Shown: in pieces, positions 9,538 through 18,046 of the stretch | Numbering within the stretch: position 1 is the first letter of the stretch | How the letters are laid out: the number at the start of each line of letters is the position of its first letter | Virus record (IMG/VR): IMGVR_UViG_3300037246_001346 | Location: 1-52,911 of that record | Source: a virus | Taxonomy: Duplodnaviria > Caudoviricetes | Length of the DNA: 52,911 nucleotides | Direction: 5' to 3' (one strand) | Translations under genes and position numbers: made by a program | The notes under the pieces: generated by a model | Database searches by the model: none | The model's input: only the letters and a program-made list of their open reading frames with translations | What the model was told of the DNA's origin: nothing

Positions 9538-11110
9538 TCAGGTTCGTTACCTCTGCGACAAATCCTTCTATCATTTTGTCCGCATAATTGGCGGGTCAGT
9601 AAACCAAGGGCGAGATATTATCCCAGAAATCCACAAAAAATTCTGCGATGCATGGCAAGACCCCTCCAACAAACGCATAGGTGCTGGTATGGCTAGAGGG
9701 TGGAGGAAGACGGTAGTTCTCACTGGATGGGATATAATTTATACTTACCTTCGGGATATAGAAGAACGACAACTAATAGGCACAGAAAAAGAGCGACTAG
9801 GAACAGACATATTGAAATGGGTAAAGTTACAACTCATGCAGAATAAACTACTGAGAAAGGTATATGAAGACAAGCTCAAATATATTGATAACATGTGGAC
9901 TAAGAATAATCCATGGAAGGCTACGGCAATAGAGTTACCCAAGAAGGGGTTATATACTTCTCCTAGTGCTCAAGTACTTGGCATCAGGGGTGCTGCCCAA
10001 GGTGGGCATTTCACCACAATACATCTAGACGACATAATCGGGCAGGCAGCCATCGAGTCTGAAATTGTCATGACAGATGCCTTTGACTGGATTGATAACC
10101 TTACCGAACTTTTAGTAGAACCAGATTACATGAAGCTCCATGCAAGTAGGGTGAAGATAACGGGTTCTCCTTGGGGTTCGGGGGATATATATGACTATGT
10201 TAGGAGAGAATTCCCCGAATATAAATGGTTGGTTGCTCCCTGTCAGAAGAATGTAAATTTGAAGGACAAAGAGAATTTTAAATGGATTCAGCACCCTGGG
10301 GTAGCCCACGGAGAATCAAATTTCCCCCTCTTCCCTACAAGTTATTATGAAGACCTGAAGATTAAGAAACCATTTGTATACTGGACACAGCACGCCTGTC
10401 AGCCAGAAGAGGCAACAAGTCTTCATAAATTTGACTCCAAGTGGCTCAAGTATTTTAGATTCGATAAGAGAGACAAGGGACTATATATTATTTGCCTCGA
10501 TGATAAGATGGAGGACACAGAAGAGATTTTCCCGTTATCTGACATTAAACTCTATGGAATTATAGACCCAGGTGCATTTGCCGAAGTTAGGTCAAAGAGA
10601 GGTTCTCGCAATGCCCTTCTTATAGGTGGTCAAGCAAAAGATTCGCACAAGAAGTTTGTAGTACACACAGAAGCCAATAGGATAAAAGAACCAGAGAAGT
10701 TTATTGATATCATATTTGATGCCGACAAAGAATGGAAACCAAGGAAGTGGGAGATAGAAACAGTTGCTGCCCAGAACTATATTTATGAAGACATAAAAGA
10801 AGCACGGAGAAGGCGAGGAACACACCTAAGCATTTCACCCCTTGAAAGAGATGTGAAAAAAGATGCCAAGGACAGTGACATACAAGCTCTTGTCAACTCT
10901 TTTTACATGGGCGAAATATACATAATTCAGGGCATGAAAGATTTTATCTCAGAGTATAGAGATTATCCTGGTGGGTTAACTAATGATTTAATAGATTGCC
11001 TCGGTAAGTTGTTTAAGTATCATATGTCGAGGAAAGAGAAAAAAGACACCCGCCCGAAGCACGCAATGGATGACACACAAGCGGGGAGGTCTTCGGTGAG
11101 CGGTTACTGA
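9527..11110 (+). CDS. terL: Terminase large subunit
   Basis: Walker A-like ARGWRKT, Walker B GGHFTTIHLDD, TGSPW motif, nuclease IIDPG, EIETVAAQ and NDLIDC. Confidence 0.92.
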   Translation: MNLNQVRYLCDKSFYHFVRIIGGSVNQGRDIIPEIHKKFCDAWQDPSNKRIGAGMARGWRKTVVLTGWDIIYTYLRDIEERQLIGTEKERLGTDILKWVKLQLMQNKLLRKVYEDKLKYIDNMWTKNNPWKATAIELPKKGLYTSPSAQVLGIRGAAQGGHFTTIHLDDIIGQAAIESEIVMTDAFDWIDNLTELLVEPDYMKLHASRVKITGSPWGSGDIYDYVRREFPEYKWLVAPCQKNVNLKDKENFKWIQHPGVAHGESNFPLFPTSYYEDLKIKKPFVYWTQHACQPEEATSLHKFDSKWLKYFRFDKRDKGLYIICLDDKMEDTEEIFPLSDIKLYGIIDPGAFAEVRSKRGSRNALLIGGQAKDSHKKFVVHTEANRIKEPEKFIDIIFDADKEWKPRKWEIETVAAQNYIYEDIKEARRRRGTHLSISPLERDVKKDAKDSDIQALVNSFYMGEIYIIQGMKDFISEYRDYPGGLTNDLIDCLGKLFKYHMSRKEKKDTRPKHAMDDTQAGRSSVSGY

Positions 11111-11302
11111 CTACTTACCCGATTTTAGTTCTTTTCTATAATGAATATCCCTGATTCCTGTTCCGATCTCAACACCGCTTCCCATAAAAGTTAATCCATA
11201 TTTCTCAGCAAGTTTTTCAATCTCCTTATCAAAATCAGAATTTATTGTTGGAGTTGTAGAACCTGGAGAACTATTTTGATAATAAATTTTTAAATCTTTC
11301 AT
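11111..11302 (-). CDS. Hypothetical protein, last gene of the leftward operon
   Basis: GGAGGT RBS before ATG 11302; ends KSGK within the junction motif; its stop abuts the terL stop. Confidence 0.7.
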   Translation of the reverse strand: MKDLKIYYQNSSPGSTTPTINSDFDKEIEKLAEKYGLTFMGSGVEIGTGIRDIHYRKELKSGK

Positions 11303-11314
11303 ATTACCTCCCAT

Positions 11315-11399
11315 TGGTGGGTGAGGGGTATGTAATTAGCGCAATTTACATCCCCCCGTTAGGTCAAAAAACGTCTTTCTTGACCTCGGCACCCCACCA
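11315..11399 (-). ncRNA. Candidate structured cis-regulatory RNA (three-way junction)
   Basis: Outer stem TGGTGGGTG/CACCCCACCA enclosing hairpins GGGGTATGTAA/TTACATCCCC and AGGTCAA/TTGACCT. Confidence 0.4.
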
Positions 11400-11409
11400 T
11401 GCCGTGTAT

Positions 11410-11760
11410 TTACAATCCAATCTTCTTAATATCATCACTTAACTCCTTATCCTCACTTACCTTTTCAAATGCCGCCGTTTCTGGCACTTCCTCACCACTC
11501 AACTCCACATACTGCTCTTGTAAAATCTTTATCAGCGGTAGAATAAGGTCGGGGGCAATAGAGAGCCAGTCGTTTGACCTATGAATCCTCCTCTCTACTG
11601 CGTTGTGACGGTGACTCTGCATCTTTAACTCATCCTTGCCCTTAACTTTATAAACCCTTGCTATTTTTAGATACTTCTCCAGCTTAAAGACAAAGACACC
11701 TGCCCGTCGCGGGGTAAGTTCTACGTATCCCCTGTATTTACCTACTGTTGTTTTATTCAT
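11410..11760 (-). CDS. Hypothetical protein
   Basis: 116-aa ORF in the leftward operon. Confidence 0.65.
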   Translation of the reverse strand: MNKTTVGKYRGYVELTPRRAGVFVFKLEKYLKIARVYKVKGKDELKMQSHRHNAVERRIHRSNDWLSIAPDLILPLIKILQEQYVELSGEEVPETAAFEKVSEDKELSDDIKKIGL

Positions 11761-11916
11761 TTTTGCCCCGATTTCTTGAGTAGCTTTACCAGCATCCCCT
11801 CTATGTGGTCTAGTTGCTTTTCTTTTAGTTTTTCTGGGTTAACACAAGCACGATGAAGATAATACCTTCCGTAGTGAATCCCATCCCCGATGCCTTGAAT
11901 CGGCGTGTTACATAAA

Positions 11917-12177
11917 TCACATATCATTTACTCCTCCTCTTTTAGACTCGGTTAATCGTTGAATATTATTCACCCTTTTCCACTCATTCTTTACCCAAGT
12001 TGTTTCGGGTATGCCCTTTAAGATGCCGCCGTACTCCCAGTTGCCACAATTACACCAGTAATCCCATTCCCGTCTGTCGTCTAGCTCAGTAGACATCTCT
12101 CTTTTTATCATCAACTTCTCACATCGCGGGCATCTCTTATGTTCCTTGTAGTTCAAATCAGGAAATTTATACTTCAT
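11917..12177 (-). CDS. Zn-finger hypothetical protein
   Basis: CPRC...CNCG. Confidence 0.6.
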   Translation of the reverse strand: MKYKFPDLNYKEHKRCPRCEKLMIKREMSTELDDRREWDYWCNCGNWEYGGILKGIPETTWVKNEWKRVNNIQRLTESKRGGVNDM

Positions 12178-12470
12178 TTTACCTTCTCAAAGAAACAACT
12201 TAAGAAATTCTTCAGCCTCATTATCACAAAGGCGTTGTCATCCTTCCTGCCCTTCTCTTTCACGACACAAATGGGATGTTTCCCAATCGGGCAGTTATTG
12301 TTACTCTGCTCATAAACATCAGTAAGCCACTTAGGGAGCTTTTGTAATACCTTCGTTTCTCCAGCCAAATGTTCAGTCTCAAAGTCGGCACCACCCAATA
12401 TACCCTTCCTTTCCACACCAAAGAGGCGTGAAATCCTTCGCTCGAACTGCTTCCATCCTGGGTTACCCAT
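12174..12470 (-). CDS. Holliday junction resolvase-like PD-(D/E)XK nuclease
   Basis: WKQFERRISRLFG...GADF...AGETK...PICVVKEKG...VIMRLKNF. Confidence 0.7.
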   Translation of the reverse strand: MGNPGWKQFERRISRLFGVERKGILGGADFETEHLAGETKVLQKLPKWLTDVYEQSNNNCPIGKHPICVVKEKGRKDDNAFVIMRLKNFLSCFFEKVK

Positions 12471-12678
12471 TTTTCATTCCTACCCCTGTTGGGGGTTTTT
12501 TACCCTTACTAGGCCTCGCGCCACGTACCTTACGTGCAGTGGCGGGGCTTACAGAGCGTCTGAGAGGGATATTTTTAGTCCCGACGAGCCTCTGCACACA
12601 CGCGGGGCAAATAATCCCCCTATTATGATTAAGGTTCTTTTCTTTAATCTTTTTCGTGCAGTACATACAGTAGGTCAT
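12463..12678 (-). CDS. Zn-finger hypothetical protein
   Basis: CMYC...GIICPAC. Confidence 0.55.
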   Translation of the reverse strand: MTYCMYCTKKIKEKNLNHNRGIICPACVQRLVGTKNIPLRRSVSPATARKVRGARPSKGKKPPTGVGMKNG

Positions 12679-12884
12679 TTGCCGCGATTTCTTGTTAATT
12701 CAAGTATTAATATGTCTTGAGAAATCTCCAATGATGATAACTTCGGTTCAAGATTAACAGAGTCAGATGTTATTATAGTAGAGCTAGGTACCCTGCAATG
12801 GATTAAACCGCAATAGTAATGGTCTATTGATTTCTCTGGGGTAAAGACAACCGTCCCCCTTCCTTTCTTAATTTCAATCTTCAC
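12675..12884 (-). CDS. Hypothetical protein
   Basis: Overlap-coupled to its neighbours; ends NRGK within the junction motif. Confidence 0.55.
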   Translation of the reverse strand: MKIEIKKGRGTVVFTPEKSIDHYYCGLIHCRVPSSTIITSDSVNLEPKLSSLEISQDILILELTRNRGK

Positions 12885-13096
12885 TCTTTCCTCCTTTGAT
12901 AAACCACGATTCTATTTTTCTTTCTATATTTTACCGTCTTATAATCATCCCTGAAGTAACACAGAGAAACTGTTTTCTTTTTATAGTCTATATCTACCGT
13001 GAAAAAGTGGGTGAGTTCACAATCACAGCAGAATTCAGAATATGCCCCACCATCCTGTAGGACTCGGGGTTCACCACCTATGAGTTTCAGCCTCAT
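12881..13096 (-). CDS. Hypothetical protein (CCDCELTH motif)
   Basis: GAGG RBS; Zn-binding motif. Confidence 0.6.
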   Translation of the reverse strand: MRLKLIGGEPRVLQDGGAYSEFCCDCELTHFFTVDIDYKKKTVSLCYFRDDYKTVKYRKKNRIVVYQRRKE

Positions 13097-13217
13097 TTAT
13101 TATCCTCGGGTGGATGCCACCGTATAAGATAACGCCCGATAATTATATAAATTCCTATAGTAATAACCGCTAATACTGGTGCCGCGAAGGGGAATAACCA
13201 ATCTGTCCACGAACCCA

Positions 13218-13409
13218 TCATTTCTTTTCCCTCCATGAGTATGTCCCGTCTCTTTTTAAATTCGCGGCAGTAGGTAATTTAATCCAATCACACTTAAAAC
13301 ATTTCTCACACGGCATCATGGATACTATCCTTTCATAGTCTGCGTAAGAAGTCAAGAGTAGGGGGCGTTCAAACTTACAATGCCCGCAACGGATCATATA
13401 TTGTGGCAT
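13218..13409 (-). CDS. FmdB-like zinc-ribbon protein
   Basis: MPQYMIRCGHCKFE...CEKC. Confidence 0.65.
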   Translation of the reverse strand: MPQYMIRCGHCKFERPLLLTSYADYERIVSMMPCEKCFKCDWIKLPTAANLKRDGTYSWREKK

Positions 13410-13724
13410 CTAATTCCTAATAGGCTCTCTTTGTAACCACCTTACTGCTGCCGACCTCCCCACGTTTAGCTCCTTATGCCGCGGACACAGACTCCAGCGT
13501 GGGTTCTGCCAAGGCTGGGCACGGAATTTCCTATCACAATCCGTCCTACAGCATACCGTCCACCCACCACTACGCACCCCCCTTGACTGTCTCTGGGGTA
13601 TAGCCCTAGTGGTATTTAATGCCCGATACCGCTTCAGATATTTCCGTTTGCGGACAATCCAGCACTCATCACAGAGTTGTAGTGTGGTATGCTTGGTTAC
13701 CTCTTGCCCGCAGTTACAGTTCAT
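13410..13724 (-). CDS. Cys-rich hypothetical protein
   Basis: CNCG, CDEC, CRTDC and CPRH motifs. Confidence 0.55.
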   Translation of the reverse strand: MNCNCGQEVTKHTTLQLCDECWIVRKRKYLKRYRALNTTRAIPQRQSRGVRSGGWTVCCRTDCDRKFRAQPWQNPRWSLCPRHKELNVGRSAAVRWLQREPIRN

Positions 13725-13736
13725 TTGCCCGATTTT

Positions 13737-13925
13737 TCATTTACAAATATCGTTATGTAGTTGTATTGCTATTATTACTAAGAGAATAAGTGCAATTATC
13801 CCCAGGAATATAGCATCGAATGGGTGGGGCAATTTCTCAAGAAGCCAAGTAAAAAAGATTCCAAAAGCAAGGATGGCAATAAGCCCCACGATAACGATTC
13901 CGAAAGTTAATAACCAACACCACAT
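13737..13925 (-). CDS. Two-TM membrane protein, paralog copy 1
   Basis: Near-identical to 22811-22999; AGGAGGT RBS. Confidence 0.75.
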   Translation of the reverse strand: MWCWLLTFGIVIVGLIAILAFGIFFTWLLEKLPHPFDAIFLGIIALILLVIIAIQLHNDICK

Positions 13926-13934
13926 ATTTACCTC

Positions 13935-14198
13935 CTAATGTCGGGCATCTTTATTCCATTCGATGCCCCGATTTAAGTCATATATCAAGTTGTCTATCTG
14001 GCTAGACATCTCTTCTATCTCTGCCCCTAAATCAGCGAGGGCATTTTTCAGCATATGGTTCTCTTCTGTTAGTAAGTTATTCTCTTTAACTAAAGAAGTA
14101 ACAACTCCCGCGGCAAGTACACACATAATAAGGAATATTGCCGCCAAAACGATGACAACAGCATGCTCATATCTTCTCATGCCCACACCTTCCACCAT
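13935..14198 (-). CDS. TM plus coiled-coil protein
   Basis: Hydrophobic N-terminus followed by heptad repeats. Confidence 0.6.
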   Translation of the reverse strand: MVEGVGMRRYEHAVVIVLAAIFLIMCVLAAGVVTSLVKENNLLTEENHMLKNALADLGAEIEEMSSQIDNLIYDLNRGIEWNKDARH

Positions 14199-14330
14199 TT
14201 GCGTTCATATCTCCAACAAGCATCGAATTCCGTGGGTATGTGATAGACTTTTCCTGGCGTATGTTTAGTATTCCTGGTTACGTTATAAATGGCTGTCCCA
14301 CATATATTTCTTCCTGGTTGATGCTTGCAA

Positions 14331-15131
14331 TTATGGCAATAAACTTTCATGATTATCTCCTGGTGTTATAACCTTATATGTTTGACGGCGGTTATCCGTC
14401 TTGCCGCTGGTACACCCCCTGAAATTCACGACTATATGTTCTACGGTAGCAGCAGGTTTACCCTTTTCTTCGGCATAACTACCACTCCACTCAAGGGCAG
14501 AACCGATGATGTAATTATACCCAACACGCGTTATGATCTTTTTTCTCCCCACATCATACCACGTATAGGGAATTCTGCTTGTGATGTGGAAATGCCCGCT
14601 AAACGTGGCATCTGCGGTAGGCACTATCCTCCGTAGAGCATCAGAGCGGTTTATCTTCCCCCCTGCCGTATATCCTCCGCCGACATTATGATGAAAATAG
14701 CACTTAAAAGAACAGGGGGTCTTACTTTCTACCTGAAAAACGGCATAGCAAGAGAAGCCCTTAAAAGGAACATCTAACTGATAACCAATATATTCTTCTG
14801 GAGTCAGCCCCACTAATCTGTGTGTGCGGCTCTCGTGGTTTCCTGCGATCATAAACAACCCCTTCTCTTTTATAGGTTCAAGCAACTCTACTACATATTT
14901 CATCTGCTCTTTCGGCGGCATAATTTGGGTATACACATCAGACTTACTCCCAATTATTGCATTTTCCATCCAGTCGCCCATCCCTACCCAGTAACCAACG
15001 GGGTCGAGGTAAATTTCCTTAATGACTTTTTTTATAAACCCCTCTTTACACTGCTGACTGCCCATGTGCCAGTCACCGATGGGGTAAAGATTGAAATCTT
15101 TCATTGGGAACTTCTTGTAAAAAAACTTCAT
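14331..15131 (-). CDS. Calcineurin-like metallophosphoesterase
   Basis: GDWHMG, GDWMEN, GNHE, HH and GHFH motifs. Confidence 0.9.
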   Translation of the reverse strand: MKFFYKKFPMKDFNLYPIGDWHMGSQQCKEGFIKKVIKEIYLDPVGYWVGMGDWMENAIIGSKSDVYTQIMPPKEQMKYVVELLEPIKEKGLFMIAGNHESRTHRLVGLTPEEYIGYQLDVPFKGFSCYAVFQVESKTPCSFKCYFHHNVGGGYTAGGKINRSDALRRIVPTADATFSGHFHITSRIPYTWYDVGRKKIITRVGYNYIIGSALEWSGSYAEEKGKPAATVEHIVVNFRGCTSGKTDNRRQTYKVITPGDNHESLLP

Positions 15132-15325
15132 CTTACCTCCTGGTTTACATTGTTATGCGACACGCTATTCTTATCTTTAATTTCCCTCATGGTTTTTTCT
15201 AGCCTTCGGAAAGCATCGCCACAAATATCTTCCCACAAAAGACTTTGATATAATGTGGGGTTCTCTTCTTCCCATGTTAATTTCGTTGGGTATTTAGTTG
15301 ACATAATATCCCTTATCCGACACAG

Positions 15326-15535
15326 TTATCTCACTCTCCGTGCTTTATTCATGCAATCTAAACATCTTCTTGCTGAAGGAATACTTCCCAAAATTGTATA
15401 GAGATATTTTCTTCCAGCTTTAATTTTTGTGCCACATTCAAAACACAAATAATTATTTATCGCCGTTCTTATAGAATCGCTTGCGAATAAACTTATGAAT
15501 CTTCCATTAATATATACTGATCGTAACTTGGTCAT
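15326..15535 (-). CDS. Cassette ORF, Zn-finger hypothetical
   Basis: CFECG...CLDC; bounded by dif-like sites. Confidence 0.65.
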   Translation of the reverse strand: MTKLRSVYINGRFISLFASDSIRTAINNYLCFECGTKIKAGRKYLYTILGSIPSARRCLDCMNKARRVR

Positions 15536-15560
15536 TGTCCTTTAGTTGACATACTTCTCC

Positions 15561-15773
15561 CTATTTACCGCCGATTTCCATGAATCGTCCATAACAAAGA
15601 TAGCAACATATCTTTGGGGATATTCTCCAACCATTCCAAATTATTGGAAGATTCTGTGTTGCTCTTTTTTTATTTGTCTCATTGCTATAGTAGGTGGTTT
15701 TTCTTCCACAAGCACACTTAATATCCAAGACATATCTTGTTATTTTACGTGGTGTTATCGTTCCTTTCTCCAT
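15561..15773 (-). CDS. Cassette ORF, Zn-finger hypothetical
   Basis: CACG...GW...CCYLC; AGGAG RBS; bounded by dif-like sites. Confidence 0.65.
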   Translation of the reverse strand: MEKGTITPRKITRYVLDIKCACGRKTTYYSNETNKKRATQNLPIIWNGWRISPKICCYLCYGRFMEIGGK

Positions 15774-15813
15774 TTCATTCTCCTGAAGTTGACATAATTA
15801 CTATTATGCGACA

Positions 15814-15999
15814 CTATGAAATTGCCCTCCAGGGCAACCTTAAATAGCCATACACACAGCCACCTGTTGTGTCACATGGACACCCAGAACAACGATAATA
15901 TTTGTGTCCTTCTGGACATAGTGGAATCTTTTCTCCATTTTCCCAGCCCATCCACACTATATGCCAAACTATGTGATGAGCTTCTCTAATTTCAACCAT
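15814..15999 (-). CDS. Cassette ORF, Cys-rich hypothetical
   Basis: GGAGGT RBS; CPEGH...CSGCPC; bounded by dif-like sites. Confidence 0.6.
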   Translation of the reverse strand: MVEIREAHHIVWHIVWMGWENGEKIPLCPEGHKYYRCSGCPCDTTGGCVYGYLRLPWRAIS

Positions 16000-16029
16000 C
16001 CTTACCTCCTTTAGTTGACATAATCCTCT

Positions 16030-16221
16030 CTATTTGCCCCGTTTTTTTAATCTAAAGATAATATCGGGAACTACATGAAAATGTGAAATACTCATAAGTT
16101 CTAATTCAACCTCATTCTTACTTTGCTCTAACTCAAAGTGAATATTTGAATCATCCGATTTAGTGCATTTTCTTGTATCTTTAATGGCTTTCTCTAATTG
16201 TTTTAATGTAAATTTTTTCAT
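16030..16221 (-). CDS. Cassette ORF, hypothetical
   Basis: Bounded by dif-like sites; its stop lies inside a site arm. Confidence 0.65.
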   Translation of the reverse strand: MKKFTLKQLEKAIKDTRKCTKSDDSNIHFELEQSKNEVELELMSISHFHVVPDIIFRLKKRGK

Positions 16222-16250
16222 TCTCTACCCTCTAGTTGACATAATCCTTC

Positions 16251-16433
16251 TTATGCGACACTGATTTTTCTTCCGTTATAAGTAAAAGCTATGCCAAGTT
16301 CACCATATACTTTATGTCCATGTTTTTTGGCGTGAATCTTTGCGATTGCTTGAGCATTTTTATAACTCTGGGTTTCCCAATCACAATCATCACATTTTAC
16401 AATGGCATGAATAACACCATATGAATATTTCAT
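16251..16433 (-). CDS. Cassette ORF, C2H2-type Zn-finger hypothetical
   Basis: CDDCDW...HAKKHGH; stop TAA supplied by the XerC-like arm. Confidence 0.7.
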   Translation of the reverse strand: MKYSYGVIHAIVKCDDCDWETQSYKNAQAIAKIHAKKHGHKVYGELGIAFTYNGRKISVA

Positions 16434-16471
16434 CCTCTCTTCCTAGTTGACATATTCTTATGCGACACAGG

Positions 16472-16627
16472 TTATTTATCCGATTTTTCCCCTTCTAGTA
16501 ATTCTTCTATTCTGGAAATTAATTTAGTTGCTTCTTCCCTGTCTTTCTTTCCAGCTTTAATATCATCCTTGATTCTCTTGGCTATCTTTAAGTATCCCTT
16601 AGCAGTTTTTGTCCTAATGTTTCTCAT
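16472..16627 (-). CDS. 51-aa hypothetical protein (absent from the ORF track)
   Basis: MRNIRTKTAKGYLKIAKRIKDD...EKSDK; ends in the junction motif next to the last dif-like site. Confidence 0.5.
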   Translation of the reverse strand: MRNIRTKTAKGYLKIAKRIKDDIKAGKKDREEATKLISRIEELLEGEKSDK

Positions 16628-16760
16628 CAATCAATTCCCTAATTTGTTCATAGGCTACTTCATCATTTGCACCAGACCAAATTTTCGCTTCCTTTGCCTG
16701 TCCCCGTAGCCAAGAAAACCAGTAAAGTAATTCTTCTTTGTTTAATTCAATATTATTCAT
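16614..16760 (-). CDS. Hypothetical protein of the KEELL family
   Basis: GGAGGT RBS before ATG 16760; LNKEELL...AYEQIRELI. Confidence 0.6.
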   Translation of the reverse strand: MNNIELNKEELLYWFSWLRGQAKEAKIWSGANDEVAYEQIRELIDEKH

Positions 16761-16768
16761 ATTACCTC

Positions 16769-17770
16769 CTACCATATTGGTCTTGTCCAACAGCCCACAT
16801 CTGAGAAGTCGTGGCCGTCGCATATCTTGAAAGTCCTCGTCATCCCATTGGGGCTTTCCTTACCACGCCTATTCTTAGCCTTGACTATCTTTATTATCCC
16901 ATCATCTATAGAAAGATAAAGGCGTGACTTCCCGATGCTTTTTGCCCCACCAATACCAAGGTCTACGTCTATGTATTTACCAGCCTTAAAGTCATACCGT
17001 TTTGGGTTCTTTTGAATGGCTACTAGGGCAATACCCTTATCTAACTTGTTGTGTATCTCTTTAAGTGGTGTGCCAATTTCAGCGAAACCCTCTGTCACAT
17101 CAAGGTAGTCTATTAGATTGATTGCGTTTGGTTTAATAACATCCGCAAAGGCATCCTCTCTTTCCCAGAAAGTACATTTCCAGTCTTCCTTTCTTATATC
17201 CCTAAACAACCCCAGGCGTACCGCTAATTCAGAATCACCTGCTTCGTTGATGAATAAATGAATTTCGTGTTTATCCATATTGAGCTTTGCAAACTCTAAC
17301 AGGAATCCCGACTTGCCTGCATCGCTCTTTCCCGCTACCACGATCAGACTCTTGGGATATATCTTAACATACTCCTCTATTCCCAGTGGGAACTTCAACG
17401 GTATTTCTATGGTTGGGGCATCCTGCCAGTTCATAATCTCGCACTCTCTCTCTATCCTACGGTATACCCCCTGTTTTGAACCATACTTCTCAATAACCCC
17501 ACCCTCTCTCAACCGCCTGAGAATGATGCTAATATTCTTCATGTCTTTCCTATGTTGCTCTGGTTCTGTAGACAGGTGTAGACTTTTGACGACTTCCGTA
17601 GAGAAAAAGTAGCCATCTGTAGACATTACGAATTCCTTAACTTCTTCTGCCAGTGACTTTTTATTGGTGATTTCATCCAGTGCCTCGTCTATTGCGGCTT
17701 GTATGTCCTTGTCCTTGCCGAGTTTTGCCGCGACACGTATCTTGCCTAGAGCCTCTTGTGATAGTTTCAT
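16769..17770 (-). CDS. Replication protein: N-terminal wHTH-like region plus RecA-fold (SF4/DnaB-like) helicase ATPase
   Basis: Walker A AGKSDAGKS, Walker B-like LIDYL, VAIQK, KAKNRR arginine-finger region. Confidence 0.75.
   Translation of the reverse strand: MKLSQEALGKIRVAAKLGKDKDIQAAIDEALDEITNKKSLAEEVKEFVMSTDGYFFSTEVVKSLHLSTEPEQHRKDMKNISIILRRLREGGVIEKYGSKQGVYRRIERECEIMNWQDAPTIEIPLKFPLGIEEYVKIYPKSLIVVAGKSDAGKSGFLLEFAKLNMDKHEIHLFINEAGDSELAVRLGLFRDIRKEDWKCTFWEREDAFADVIKPNAINLIDYLDVTEGFAEIGTPLKEIHNKLDKGIALVAIQKNPKRYDFKAGKYIDVDLGIGGAKSIGKSRLYLSIDDGIIKIVKAKNRRGKESPNGMTRTFKICDGHDFSDVGCWTRPIW
17568..17624. repeat. Helically phased GTAGAC-like iterons inside the replication gene (candidate origin)
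   Basis: Hexamers start at 17568, 17578, 17588, 17598, 17609 and 17619. Confidence 0.5.
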
Positions 17771-18030
17771 CCATTGTCCGATTTTACTAACTTCAATAAG
17801 TCCCTCATTGTTTGGTCTTGGGTAAGGTGGGGATCAATTGTGATTGCTCGTATCTCATCAAGTTCTTCCAACCTTGCCTCGATTTGCCGACATGCTTGTT
17901 GTAGCCTTTCTTTTCTTTCACCAAGTTCTGCGGGGGGAATGTCATATCTGAGGCTCTCTAGGTTCGTTACGCTTAATGCAAAAGTATCTATTAATGCTTC
18001 CAAAAGTTCTTCCTTATTTAGTTTACTCAC
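17767..18030 (-). CDS. Hypothetical protein of the KEELL family
   Basis: GGAGGT RBS with GTG start; MSKLNKEELLE. Confidence 0.65.
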   Translation of the reverse strand: MSKLNKEELLEALIDTFALSVTNLESLRYDIPPAELGERKERLQQACRQIEARLEELDEIRAITIDPHLTQDQTMRDLLKLVKSDNG

Positions 18031-18046
18031 CTTTACCTCCTATCTA

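Larger units (their letters stand above)
15153..16468 (-). repeat. Tandem array of dif-like (XerC arm-6 bp-XerD arm) sites separating single small ORFs
   Basis: Full sites at 15296-15323, 15787-15814 and 16234-16261 (minus strand GTGTCGSATAA-N6-TTATGTCAACT). Hybrid sites at 15544-15571 and 16013-16040. Collapsed-spacer site at 16445-16468. Half site at 15153-15163. Confidence 0.8.

Noticed and set aside
11315-11399. tRNA gene (GGTGGGG start and CCA end on the minus strand)
   Set aside because: No TTCRA T-loop, D-loop or anticodon arm; retained only as a structured RNA candidate
15153-16468. CRISPR array interpretation of the 28-bp repeats
   Set aside because: The intervals are about 200-bp coding genes, the repeat centre varies, and no cas operon is present
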